Shown here piece by piece: positions 20,346 through 32,472 of a stretch of DNA of 32,472 bases (position 1 is its first letter; the number at the start of each line of letters is the position of its first letter). The translations under genes and the position numbers were made by a program. The notes under the pieces were generated by a model. The model saw nothing but the letters and a program-made list of their open reading frames with translations, ran no database searches and was not told where the DNA came from. The stretch spans positions 1-32,472 of the forward strand of contig JABANN010000402.1 in NCBI GenBank assembly GCA_013115125.1, read 5' to 3'. The stretch is from Perkinsus olseni (Eukaryota).

Positions 20346-23300
20346 TTATTGCATCGGCCAGGGCTGGTGGTCTCCTGCTCCCGAGTCGGGTTTCGAAGTG
20401 CTCTCTCGAATCACCCTGCTGACCTCCGCGAGGTGCGTCTGTACTTCCGCGATGCGGTTGAGGGCCTCATTCCTTATCTCTTCCTCCAAGCGCAAACACT
20501 CATTCACCTACGACGGCACTATCCAACTGAAGCACTACGGCGGCAGGCATGATAGTAGAGAGACGCCTTACTTCCATGCATCCGTGTTGGGCAGCCATGA
20601 TCACTTCGAGTTCAGTCCGCACTGTCTGAGCTATGAGACGACTCGCACGTGACTCGATCTCCTTCAGCCTGGCATCTGTTTCCAAAGCTATTGTCCTCAA
20701 TGCTTGAGACTGAGTGAAAGGACACGACAGGATCTGGGTTAGTGCATGAGACGCGAACCGAGAAGAGAGTAAAGGGTAGTATTAATAGATACTCTGAGTT
20801 CAACGAGCGATTCCAAGCCATGAGGTCAGCCAGCTCACCTTGGAGTCGCGATCACGCTCGGCAGCTCTGAGGTTCTCCACAGCCTCTTCGACTCTATTCT
20901 CAGCAGCTTCAACCCGTGTTCTCTGCTCCGACAGCTCGAATGCTCGTGCTGCGCGATCCGCTGCACAGAAAGGGACCAACTCGACTCCCTCTCGAGAAGC
21001 GCGGAGCCAATTACTCACATTTGCATCGCTCCACATCGGAGACTTGTCTTCTCTCAGCCTCTTGCAATTCCTCAACTTTCTTCTCCAGGGCTGCGGTGTC
21101 TTCGATATCAGCCAGCTCAGTCTCGAGGTTACGGCATCGTTCTTGCAGCGCTGTCTCTCGCTCCTTAGCCCGAAAGGCCAACTCCTGATGGGGAGAAGTT
21201 TCGCTGATTCCGACCGAAAAATCCAGACGCGTCAGTAAGAACATCCCGCCGGGCCGTAGCAATGGAGCTCTTTCCCTGAATGGGTATCGACATATACCCC
21301 ACACGGCATCACTGACCTTGGCTGCTGCGGCCTGGTCTCGGGCGACTTCAACTTCTCTCCGTGCTGTGAGCACCCTATTCTCAACTATCAGCCTAAACTC
21401 CTCCACTCGCCCACGCAAGTCTTCCAACTTGGCTGGGGGGCCTGTGAAACGGACCATCATCAACCCAAGATTCGCATCACCCCCGGCTGATCGTTCCGAT
21501 CGTGCGAACCCCCTCTCACTAGACAAAGCCTCAGTTGTTAACCAGCTCGGTATGTCAGCCCAAATAGAGTTCACGTCCTCGTCAGCTTGTGTGGCGTCCA
21601 CACGGTAGAGGAGGCTGGCGACCATATCTCGCGTGGACTCGATCTCGCGGAGCTCGCCGGCAACTCTCTCGGACGCATTAGAGGCATTCTCGGCTTCCAC
21701 GCCTCTGTGTCTGGAACAGCAGCATCGTACTGGATTGACTGCCATAACGTTGCTCACCGAGCATCATCTTCTGCCGTATGGAGCTCTTCTCGTGCTAGCT
21801 CCAGAGCTTTCAAGCACTGGTTCCTCCGCACTGGTACCCCGTCAAGACGCTCCTTCACGATGGCTTGTTTACTAAAGGTAACGATGGCCGTAGCGCCTCC
21901 AACCGGTTGCGAGGTACCTCTGAATGTCAGCCAATCGAGCGTTGGCCCGCGACAGTAGCTCTGCAGAGGTGGAGAGCGCCTGTTGTGTCATCGCTTGAAC
22001 TCTGAAGGCACAGAGGATAGGATGAAGGCCACCTCGGGTGGCCGACCTCTTCGCATCGGCCATCGCGGAAGTGCATTTACCAAGCTGATCTTCGGCACTC
22101 ACGACCACATGCTGAGCGCTCGTTACCTCTGCCCTTTCACGCGCTAAAGAGTTAATATCCCTGACAAAACCGTACTTGAGTTCACGACTGGCTGAAGGCA
22201 GATTGTCGTACTTCTCTCGAAGGCTTTCTCCCATCGTCAAGAGCTTGCCTCTGGTTAGGAGCAGACGGTCCGTTGCCTTGCGGCTGTCCCGGGCCGCCGC
22301 ACCAGCCTGGCAAGGAATACTCTATCCGCAGTTACACGCACACAGAGAGTTACCAAGTCCCATGAAGCGGTGAGCCTCATCTGCACCCGATTCAATGCTT
22401 GGAAGGCATCCACCAATCGAGCGATTAGGCCCTCCTCCAGCCACTCTCTGGCTGCCCCTCTCCGCCTAACATCACCTCCTTGTGCTTCTACCGCTAGTTC
22501 ACATCGTTTTGACGAGTCTAAAAGGGCGCACTCACGGCCGCCGACAGCAGCATCCTGGCCTACCTGCCACGTGGTCATGTTTCTCAGCCAGACCACCACC
22601 CGCTGCCAGCTCTACACATCTGACACGGGTTTCCGCGGTCTGCTCGGTAACGCTCTTCCCCTCACACCAACCATGACAGGCCAGTAGCGCCTCGCTGGCC
22701 GCCACATTACCGTGGTCGTCAACGAGCCAGCGCAGCCTCTCAACAGCCATGTCGTAGAGACGGCCCCAGCATCGTTCATTCCGGAGGTCACTTGACTCAG
22801 TCGTAGGAGATACTCCCTCCTCAGTCTGGAACTGCGGCAGGGGTCCTCGGAAGTAAACCGTGAGAAGGTTGCAGGTGAGATCGGCGACGACGTCATTATC
22901 GGAGAGCAGGAGTCGTACGAACCCCTCCATACCCTCGTCCAGCACTGCGTCCAAGGCCTCGAAGAGCCGCATCTCCTCAGGCGACCCCACAACTTCTCTC
23001 ACTCGCTTCGCCTGTTCCCCGAGACTATGCCACAATCGATCTCGGTGGGGAAGGAGGGTAGCATTCCCTCGGCGTAGGAGCGCTGAGATGATCAGGCCGG
23101 TGATGCACCGAGTGGCCAGATCCTCCACAGCCATGAGGCACTCGAGGAGCTGCAGTCCTGAACTCTGACGGTCCGTCAAGGCGATCTCCAGGTCCGGATC
23201 ACCAGCGACCGCAACGACCAACGCACAGGCTATACAGAGTGGGACGTCCGAGTTCTGACTGCCTGACAGGTTAGAGGCAACCGCGATCGACTCTGCAGCG

Positions 23301-24150
23301 CCATACCTGCAAGCCTGTCCAGCATCTCACTGAGGCCGCCGTCCACTTGGAAGTAGAGGAACATCGATTCTGGGCGCGAGCGCAGGAGGTTTAGGAGCAC
23401 CTGACAAAGCAGCAGCAGCAGCAGCAGGACTGGGTTGCGAAGTGGCTGGTGGATTCCAGCCGAGCTTCTCACATCTTTCACTGCATTCACCGGCATGCTT
23501 CGTCCCAATGCAGCCATCAGTACGCGGATACCACCCTCTTCACAAATCAGACCACTGCCTTCCCCGACACTCACAACTTGCTCGAGAACAGCTAGGGCGG
23601 ATCCCGCAATGGAGTGATGATCGTCACCAACATGGCCAAGGAGCGCTCGTAGGAGCGGTCTGCAGGAGGCGATAGAGGTGGCCAGTGCGGGCTCGAGCGA
23701 CAGGGGACAGAGGAGCTTCAGGTAACCAACGTTCTTTGACCATGCATACCGCACTATTATAGAAACCTCAGCAGAGGCCTCAAGGAAATGCCACACACGG
23801 TTCTCTTCGTACACCCGTTGCATGGCCATGATCTGACGTAGATATCGTTCAAGTCCTCTGCGCCTCTCCTCCACCATCAGCGGGTCGTGAGCACGCCATG
23901 GCAGATATCCTTTGGGAGGTAGCCTCACTGGGCCCTCTAGCAGAGAGGCGATGCTGTTGTGGAGTGCATGGAAGTCTGCATAGCGACGGCGGACCGTCCA
24001 GCGTACAACTCGGCCAGGCCCCGACACGGTCACTGTGTACCAAACCGGCGTTGTCTCGAGGGTGGCCCGGTCAATGGAGATGTTGAGGACGGTGTTGGTG
24101 GAGCTCCTAGCGTCATTAGTTTGGGAACGAGGTGTGAGTGATAGTGCCAT
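20346..24150 (-). CDS. PX-domain protein with ARM-like helical middle and long coiled-coil C-terminus (sorting-nexin-like), multi-exon
   Basis: Clear PX motif WYTVTV..WTVRRRYADFHALH..RLPPK..VEERRRGLERYLRQI..VWHFLE. It is followed by Leu-rich helical exons (EEGGIRVLMAAL, VDGGLSEML) and E/R/A-rich heptad exons at 20400-22250. The last exon RLEEEIRNEALNRIAEVQ..PMQ* is inferred. Confidence 0.8.
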
Positions 24151-25323
24151 ACAGGAACACAGCCAGTCAGAACAACACTGAAGTTACCCCTGCACGACGG
24201 CAACGGAACGAAACTCAACTCGAGTAACTGACCACTCGGGCGACACAAGAAGACATCATGAGGGGTATGGCATCTGCCAAGATGTGTACTATCTTTCTGA
24301 GACAGCCGCCCCAGTTATGGATAGACTCTGACGGGCTTTTTGTGATCCTTTGAAAGGCTTGAGAAAGGCTTGAGGAAAGAGCCTCTGCATGTTGTACACA
24401 TGTACTCTGCTGGTGGCTGAGTCTCCCCGTCTTTACAGACACCTCGCCACATACGAGTTGGCCTGCCCGCAGCGATACTCCTCGTTACAATAACTCATTC
24501 GATCACATCATTTGCTATCACTGCCAAATCCTCGCTCTCTCTCTAGCCGCCTGCGGACCAACCCCACACGGTGCTTCTGCTCAGTTCCAGTCCCGAGAGC
24601 TTTGCCCCAAGTCCCTTCACGAGGGATCAACCCGAGAAGCACAGAGAAATAGACGACACATCAGCGCCTCGGCAATTCGAAGCCTCCATCCCCCTACCGC
24701 CAGAGACATTCCCAAACTAATACAACACTCGGCCTATCAACTTGACAACGAATAGATATCGCACATCACAACTGCATGGAGGACGCTTTCAGAGGGATCG
24801 AAAACGCCGCTATTGGCAACGTAAGTGCTTAGCAAGGCACAGCTTGGCTACGATCTCGGCTTCTTTCGGAGCCACACTAAGTCCGCGGAAGTTTTCACTG
24901 AATCCTTGGCGGATGGCAGCGACGACCTCGGCATTACAGTGCCTAATAATATGAACGTCACTCAGTATGATAGGTTTGAGTCGAGTGACAGTATGCGTTA
25001 CTTCAAGCTCTCTGCGGCGGACTCGGTAATCCTAAAGTAGCCATAGGGGAGAATAGCTCCGGAAAGTGTATAGGTAACTTGAATGTAATTCGAGTGCTCA
25101 TCTCTAATGTAACACGTCTTGCTTTCCTACAGCAGAACCACCTTGAAAGGCTGATGAGAGTGATCTTTCAAACACCTAGCAACTTCTACTTGTAAATCGA
25201 CGATCGAAGCTGATTGATGAGACTAACATCGAAGCTGATCAATTCCAACCGTTTCAAGATAGGGCATTTTCCGGTAATATTGAGTCAAGACAATGACGCT
25301 CTCCGAGACGTGGCTTCCAAAGT

Positions 25324-25733
25324 TTATGAAGAATCAGCATTCTGGTTGACAGACTGTTCGCCCGCTGCCGCGTGGGAGTATACCTCTTGCCCCATAGCAA
25401 GCAGCTCTTCCTCCTCCTCCCAACCCGCGGTAAGGCCGGCGATTCTCTGAGACCGACACAGGAGTGACTCAATCTCCCGCGATATCTACACTGAGGGGCA
25501 ACCAATGAAGGCATTTCTTACCTTCTTCAGCGACAGTCCTCTTCCCACCTGAAAAAGCAGTAGCAGTTAGAAGGCCATCACCGAGTAGCGAGTGATACGG
25601 CGCATTGTATGTCCAATGGGCGGGTCGATCATCAATCAATGGACCTTATCCTGAGTGAGCCTACCGTTCTTGCCTCGACTTGATAGAGAAGTGCAAGAGC
25701 TACCGACAGGACAATAAGAACTTGGCAAGACAT
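25324..25733 (-). CDS. Putative small secreted protein, not in the ORF track
   Basis: ATG 25733 gives the signal-like MSCQVLIVLSVALALLYQVEA-RT. There is a 27-nt micro-exon at 25522-25548 between tttttcag and gtaag, and a possible last exon RIAGLTAGWEEEEELLAMGQE..DSS*. Confidence 0.4.
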
Positions 25734-26171
25734 TGATAGTGAGTAGACAGTGGGATGAGAACTATCAGAGTATGAAGTACGACTGGATGGATGGCTGTGT
25801 GCACTGCACACTGCGCAGGCCTAGAACTCAGAGTAGCGCATCACGATGTGGGGACCACTTGTAATAACATGGAACAGATGTTTTCATCGCCCCAGCAAGA
25901 GCCGCGGAGTGGCAGCCCAGAAGGTCTGGACTTGGAAACGGCGAGGTACCTCGCTCAGGCACTGCACGACTAGCGTTAGGCAACGCAACAATACTAGAGT
26001 ACTAACTGATAACATCAACAACATCATGAACACTCATGAAGAGTCAGAGCATTCCGACAACATCTGAGCCGCCATCTACTATTAGAATGGCGTAAGTTAA
26101 CCTAGGGATGGTGCCTGACCCGGGAGTGGTGCCAATCGGTACTCACTTGTCTTTACAGAGCGGTCCATTCG

Positions 26172-26874
26172 TCACGATCCTTGGCCAAATCCTGGAGGCC
26201 CGCTCTCCCCCTCCTCTGAGCAGAGCAAAGCGACATCACGACCAGATACACAGCCCGATAGAGAAGCACAACGGAAATCAATCAGGCGTGTATCCTGTCG
26301 ACGAGAAGCTTCATAAAATTCTCCCGGTAGTTTTGATCGTGAATCCATCGGTACCCACGACTGATGATCGCCCTGGGCTTTCATCGGAAGAGTGACAAAT
26401 TCGTTATCGACCGGTATGTCGCAATATGCGATTTTTCTTTCTCGACGAACACGTTTCCAGACGCATTTTCTCATTCGACTGTGACATGGCGATTCGGCGA
26501 TCCCATGGTCTACTCTGAAAGAACCTCTCAGCGAAGACCTGCTGAAAGAATCATTGGGGTCGGCTTCCTGAAAGGGATATAGCATCTCCGCTATATCAAC
26601 TATAACCCTCGAGTTCACCTCCCCTGCCTGCTGCGGAGTTTCTTCTCTAGTAGAGCTCTTTGGAACGTCGGTCTTCGAACCTTCTTTTTCAGCGGAACCC
26701 TGTGCAGCCTTGGTTTGTGGAACCTTCTTCTCAGTGGAGCTTTGCGTGACCTTCGTTTCCTGAGGCTTCTTCTCAGTGGAGCTCTGCGGAGTCTTCGTCT
26801 GAAGGGGAGACCTCAAAGCCATCGGCATATTCACATGCGTGGCCATACAAAGGAAGGACGAAAGCGAGCATCAT
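26172..26874 (-). CDS. Hypothetical protein with four 14-aa repeats; probably secreted, possibly frameshifted in the leader
   Basis: 224-aa ORF 26172-26846. The hydrophobic start MMLAFVLPL (ATG 26874) is one base out of frame with it. The 3' exon structure is unresolved. Confidence 0.5.
26635..26805 (-). repeat. 42-nt coding tandem repeat x4
   Basis: LQTKTPQSSTEKKP / QETKVTQSSTEKKV / PQTKAAQGSAEKEG / SKTDVPKSSTREET. cttcttctcagtggagct lies at 26724 and 26766. Confidence 0.9.
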
Positions 26875-27429
26875 AGACTTTTCCCGTGACAGGCTAGGAA
26901 AGATGAACTCCGACAGAACCACCCAATTGATCGTTAAGATACAAGATGATGCTCGATCCACCACGTTACTCACATCGAGAGCAGAAACGCTGAAGCTCCT
27001 CGGCTTAGTCAATGGAAGCTTCCCTGCCTGCAGCCCAGAGGCCTGGTTCTCTTTCTGAGACGAGAGTTGTGTTAGATCCCTTACAACTGGTTAAGGCACC
27101 GGAAATACGTACATCAACTTCCGCGTGGAACTTCGACAAACTCTTGAGGCGCAGACTGCTTCTCTGAGATAACAATGCGGGTAGGCAGAGGGAAGGAAGT
27201 ACCACTCCGCGAGAAACACGCGCCAAACAACGCCACAAGGCGAGAGACAAATCGTGAATAAACAGTTTCATAGAAAAGTGACGATGGCAACCATGTTCTA
27301 CTCGTCCACAAATTTGTGATATGATAAGTGACAAGTGATCCCCGATCGTCATATTGCGGATGCAACTTCAGTGATTAAGGTCTCGAAACTGAGCGCCCGC
27401 CCTCGCCTTACGCCTAAGCTCCCCGTCCT

Positions 27430-30400
27430 CCTCAATGGCGATTCTCCAGGGCTTGTCTGAAACGTACAACTTTATCACCGAAACACGACCATACGCAGAC
27501 GATGCTGGTGTGTCAGACACCTGGCGAGAATATTTCGGAGTGGACTTACGTCAACAGGAATCTCCTTCGGCTCCTTCGTCTGTTGAGGAGGCACTCTCGG
27601 CTTGTGGAGGTACGAACGGAAGCTGCGTTGTTTGTGGCCATTCTCGTCCGTCCATTCGGTACCGAGCTGGCAGACAATCTATAAGACCCCACGCTAGCCG
27701 TGCCCGATGTCCCCCTACCTGTGGGTTCACCCCTCGAGTGAAGGGACTTCTAGATGGGGCCCCTCCAGTGGTGGAGGTTGCCTTGCTTTGCTCGCCCGGC
27801 TTTTCCTGATCTCCTTTCTAAACACAGCAACGACAATGCCCTGGGTGACCGACTACTCCCTTCCCGCGACCACGTGAAGGGAAAGATGAAAAACCGCACT
27901 CCCGCTGCATGAACGTGGAGAATAATGAAAGCAAGGACGCTGCACGATGACGACCAGTGGTCCTCAGCGTAGCCGCTCCAAGCACCTCCAAAGTCTTCTT
28001 GAGCTCCCCCAGATTATGCTTGACCTGCTGGAGTTCCGGCTTGACGACTCCCTTCTTAGTAGCAATACCCTGATAGAATCGGGCCGATGGTGGTCGTGCT
28101 GCGATAATGAGCCTCCCGCCTTCTCGCCCGCACCTCACCTTCTTAGATCCATCACCAGAAGTATGCGACTTGGCCGACGCCATCTTGATACGATTTCGCG
28201 GCAGACTATTGGCGCGAGAAAACGGCGACTCCGCAGTTTCTGATGTCTTCGTGGACACAGGTTGCTGAACAACAAAAAGTGACCGGTGACGGTGGGCAGA
28301 CGAGATGCAGTATAATGGGAACTGGGCCGATGGAGGTGACGGCGCTCTGCATTCGTAGCTTCTCTTCATTCCCAACACTAAGTACATCATGGCACCCTCA
28401 GGAGTATCTTCAGGTCGAATCACAGAAAAGCGCGAACGAGAGGGACAAGAGAACCAGGGCACATAGAATGCCGAGGCACTGATAAGTTTGGTCTCACGAA
28501 GACCACCATACAGAGCAAGAAGAGTCGATACAGACCCCCAGCCCGGAAGAATGAACATTCGCTGAGCGCCGCGGTGTGCCAGAGCCGTCTTACAGTATTG
28601 GGCTTCTGCGGGGTCTCGGAGCCACTCGTTGTAGTCGCGGTCCCCTAACAATGATGGGGTTATAACAGCCGACCAGCTGGTAGACTAGAGTCAAGCCTAT
28701 CTAAATTACTAACCGTCGGAGAGCACTACATATTCGTCCCCATGGAGCGCAGAGTCACTGAGTAATAATCAGCTTACCCCAGGTTTGTTCCCCTTCAAAG
28801 CCTTGGTTGCTGCAGCCTTAGAGCGGGTTCGCAAGAGACTATCGTAGTGAAAGAACGGTGACTCCACTTTGGTGCTTCCATTCCACAGTGGCTGTGTTTT
28901 CACCGGGGCGGTTTTCTGAACACGGAAATAATGGGACAAAGCAGCAGCGTCATGTCTGCGCAGTCTATGCTCCCAGGAGGAGCATTCGAAGCAAGAGGAT
29001 AAACGGCAATGAGGCGATCTACCGGTGGGCACCCGAACCTCCATAAGGCTCACTGGACGGCCGTAGGAGGTAATAACCCGACACAGAGCAGGCGGGCGAA
29101 GAGACAAGGGACCGGTAAACCGGGGACCGGGATATGACAATCTCACCTTATTAGACTCCGGCGTTGGTGCCTCGGACCTACTCGGAGCAGTTCCGACTTG
29201 CTGAGGAAGGAAACCAGTATCCTCGAAGAGGCCATAACGAGTTATCGATTGTATGGCTCATCCCAAAGTATCATCATCAACTCTCTTATGACGGCATGCA
29301 GGATGCCAGGATGTTTGGGAGCCCATTGGCGCTCTGAGCTGCTATGGGATACCGTCCCACTCGCCCCTTACTCTAGGTTCGCTCCCCTTGTTATTGGACT
29401 TGTTCGCCTCAAACCTAGCTCGGTTCCGCGGCAGGCTATTAGAGCGAGAGAGGGGGGACTCCGTTATCTTAACAGCTTCCGGCTTCTTCGAGGGCGGCAG
29501 AGACGGAGGGGGCGGAGGGGGCTGAGGGACAGATATTAACGGTACTCGGGAAATACTGTGTCGATTCGGAAGATCTCTCAGGAGACATCGCAGGAGAGAT
29601 GATTCATCACATCCCAGACGAAGCTCTATACTCGATCGATAAGAGCGTGAGGCACATCAACACCGTTGGTGGAAGTATCCAAGGCACGGTCCAGACTGGG
29701 AACGTAGGGATCCATTATCGGAGGCCCAGGAATTCGCCCACTCACCGTCTCGGGCTCCTTTGGCTTAACACTCTCCTTCTCCTTATCCTTCTGAGGAATG
29801 AAGAAAGAGATGTTGACAATAGCGCAGGTCGAATAACCTTGGGGACACCACCAAGCGCGGATGAACTCAAGTCTGTGAACTGCCTTTTTGCCGGTGACGG
29901 GCGTAACATAGGAGCCAAAGATCTCACCTGTTCCTCTTCGTTGGTATCCGAGCTCTCCGAGCTCTCCCCTTCACTTGTATCGGACTCCTCGTCTTGTAGA
30001 GGTTCGTATTTGTCCTCTCCGTAGTAATTATCATATTCCTCCTCCTCTTCCTCTTCCTTTGTCTCTTCCTCCTCTCCCTCTTCTTCTTCCTCCTCCTCCT
30101 CTTCATCATCATCACTAGACTGAACAGAAGAGGACTACGGCCAGCGGAGCGGCAGCGATCGCAGCACTCGCGAAAAGAAAAATGACCCACATCAGCCTTA
30201 CCACTAGACGCTCTATGGGCCGCACTCTGACCGTTTCCTGAAAGTCACAAGTCCGCAGAATCACGCCTACCACGCCACTGCACGAGCAGTCGCTAGGCAT
30301 CGCGAGAACGCTCTTCTTCCGAGTGATGCTACATTAAACGAGATTCCGCCCTTCTTCTTCTTCACGTCACCATCCTGAAATGACGGCAGTCGCAGCCGAG

Positions 30401-31320
30401 CGTGCCACTTGCTGGCACTCATTCAGCCTACCTTCTTTCTCAGTATACTGATCGGTTTGTCGACTTCCGAAGGCGGCAAGTTTTGCCCAGGTTCAGAGAC
30501 GATCTCGACATCCGGCGGAGCCTGAGGTCGAAGGCAACTGGGCAGGGGCGAGCACGAAGCGAACTGAGTATCGAACTCACCGTTCCTCCATCTACTCGGA
30601 AGAGCAGGGTCAGAGCTATCGCAGGGACGATTACGAGTCGGTAGAACATAGGTGGTAGAGCGCTCAAGCAGGAAAGAAGACTGCTTCAAACGTGTATCTC
30701 TCAGCTGGGCTATCAAGCGCACAAACACAGAACTGCGGTAGTCGTATTGCAATAGTAATAACTAGGAAGACATCTGGTCATGGTGAAGGCGTTGTCGAGT
30801 ATCGACAAAAAAAATCTACCAGGAACTTCTCCCTAGTCTCTGTGGTCCAAGTACCTGGTGGCTCAACTCCGTTGCATTTAGCGACCATAGCGACGGCCCG
30901 CTCAATGAGCTCAGGGCTGCATCGCCTGAGGGAAGGAACTGCAGCTAGGGTGAGGCTGTTCCGCTAACCCTACGCCAAGCCTCGGGCTTCTTCGGCAGTG
31001 GCACAAGCAATCGAGAACGTGACGTCCTTTGAGTGGAAGTCCTGTCGATCGGTCTCGATTATGACGTACTCGTCCTCGCTCGACGTGAAGCATCGGGATC
31101 CGGAATCCTCGAGGACCTACCATCGACGTTGTGAGATGAGCGGCCCCGAGCAATTGCGAGCGATAAGAGGCCACCAACAGGCCGTAGTGATGCAAAGAAG
31201 ATGCTGTCGGCAGAGAGAGGCTGTTGAGTCACTGACCCCCTCCATCGCCTCTCTAATGGGAGCTCGGCTCCGCTTCGGACTCGGCGGGTCTCCGTCGCTG
31301 CGCCCACGCTTCCTCTGAAA
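27430..31320 (-). CDS. Multi-exon low-complexity hypothetical protein(s) including a strongly acidic exon
   Basis: Many minus-strand donor and acceptor signals and ORF segments (27818-28651, 28769-29146, 30423-30752). Exon 29928-30119 is 64 codons between cag and gtgag and encodes SSDDDEEEEEEEEGEEEETKEEEEEEYDNYY.. Gene boundaries are unresolved. Confidence 0.5.
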
Positions 31321-31383
31321 AGCAAGCCCCTGCGAACCACACCCTTGGGGGTTGAAAGCAACACTTTTCAGCTTTGCGTGAGA

Positions 31384-31439
31384 ACAGTCGTCGTCGTAGT
31401 GGTGGGCTACTACTACGACGACGACTGTACTACTAGTAG
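31384..31439. repeat. 17-bp perfect inverted repeat built from trinucleotide runs, plus 10-bp palindrome
   Basis: acagtcgtcgtcgtagt (31384-31400) / actacgacgacgactgt (31412-31428). ctactagtag at 31430-31439. Confidence 0.95.
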
Positions 31440-32311
31440 CGCGATTTCCCCGTTCGCATTCCTTGTCGGATAGTAGCCGTAAAATGAACTTCAGCGCTCA
31501 TCAAGAGCGCCGGATTCACAAGTGCCTCCGGCCTGTACCCGGTAACGTCCAAAATTTAAACGTTAATCATCACTCCAAACTCATAGAACAGCAGCAGGTA
31601 TCACCAGTGAGGTGAGGACCGAGCGCCCTCGTAGGATGGTATGACCCAGCAGGTCTCAGTATTGAGCTAGGAATATCGCCGCCTTATCGTGATGGCCACA
31701 AAGCCTACTCCACGTTATGCGAACATAGTTCTCCCTACCTGAGGCCCCCTCCTGCGGAACTGCCCGCTTGAGTACTCCTTTGGGGCTCCACCCCTTAGAC
31801 CCTCAAAGGAGTCCCCCTCATAACAAAGGCTTTTGAACGGTCGGGCCTAAGGCGCAGCCAGCTTCGAGATGAGAGGGGAGATGTGGGAAGTCCCGTAAGC
31901 CTGCTTACCGCGTCTAAACCAGCTGGCCAAGGAGAGCCTCCCCGAGTCGATGACTGAAATTGAGAGCAACCAAGTTCAAGAGGGGAGAAACAAAAGTCCG
32001 AGAGTGTCCTGATCCACCGTACGGCACTCACAAGATATGATCTCTCGAACATCATCAAGTTGTTAAGCACTGCTTGTTTCAGTAGATTCGTCCTCTTCCG
32101 AGGCTGAGGAATATAACGACCGTTGTAACGCCTTCCCTCGAGCGTGGGCTACACCCACCTGTTGAGAAGACGTGCTAGGCCCCGCCACTGGACTCGGGGG
32201 AGATCCGTCTCCGGGTGGTCCAGGGCGGGCTGCCTGAGCTACACCGTCCTCATACGGCCAAGAGATAGCGAGCAGCGCCACTGTGAGGTTGTATGTCGTG
32301 AAAGGCCGCAT
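31433..32311 (-). CDS. 5' exons of a putative secreted multi-exon protein (may continue into the 27430-31320 gene)
   Basis: ATG 32311 gives the signal-like MRPFTTYNLTVALLAISW. GT-AG joins give ..STSSQQ / PRKRTNLLKQAVLNNLMMFERSYL / .. / LNTETCWVIPSY..HW / PEALVNPALLMSAEVHF..KSRY*. Confidence 0.5.
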
Positions 32312-32472
32312 AGCAGAGTGTAGTGGAGGACACCAATGAGGGAGAAATGAGGTTTCGAGCGGCGAGCGATCGGAAAAGCAGGGACGCTCGAAGACGGGAG
32401 TATGTCGTACGTGCGGGGGACTTGATCGATAGGCCAAAATAACTATAGCTTCTTGTCGGACGGAACTGCTGA

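Noticed and set aside
23401-23472. Poly-Leu (CTG)n as a transmembrane segment of the PX protein
   Set aside because: It lies within a probable in-frame 72-nt intron (gtgaga..tgtcag).
29924-30190. Arg/Lys-rich NLS- or protamine-like ORF
   Set aside because: Alternative frame of the splice-bounded poly-Glu exon 29928-30119.
1-32472. CRISPR arrays, rRNA, tRNA, transposase or reverse transcriptase genes
   Set aside because: No regularly spaced repeats or recognisable motifs seen. Highly decayed remnants in 14300-16340 cannot be excluded by eye.

Overview
Eukaryotic, gene-dense nuclear DNA with short GT-AG introns, most likely from Perkinsus. That assignment is an inference from the Cys-rich secreted protein at 1-828, the intron style and the lineage-specific secreted families. 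Most ORF-track entries are single exons or shadow frames. Left part (1-10 kb): a secreted Cys-rich/mucin protein, a short APC3/APC6-like TPR gene, a clear multi-exon aminoacylase-1, and a long uncharacterised gene. Middle (10-20 kb) is an accessory, rearranged zone. It holds a truncated near-identical copy of gene 1 and two diverged copies of a cassette [conserved upstream module > four-repeat secreted gene > < decayed convergent gene]. Between those copies lies a ~760-bp element whose ~200-bp inverted arms are that same upstream module and which still carries the first codons of a third paralog. This is the best candidate for an undescribed system: a TIR-bounded, cargo-carrying unit for secreted proteins. 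No transposase or target-site duplication is visible. Several short fold-back insertions also occur, two of them confirmed as insertions against paralogs. Right part (20-32 kb): a PX-domain/coiled-coil gene and several poorly resolved minus-strand secreted or low-complexity genes. Exon models and alignments were made by eye and are approximate.
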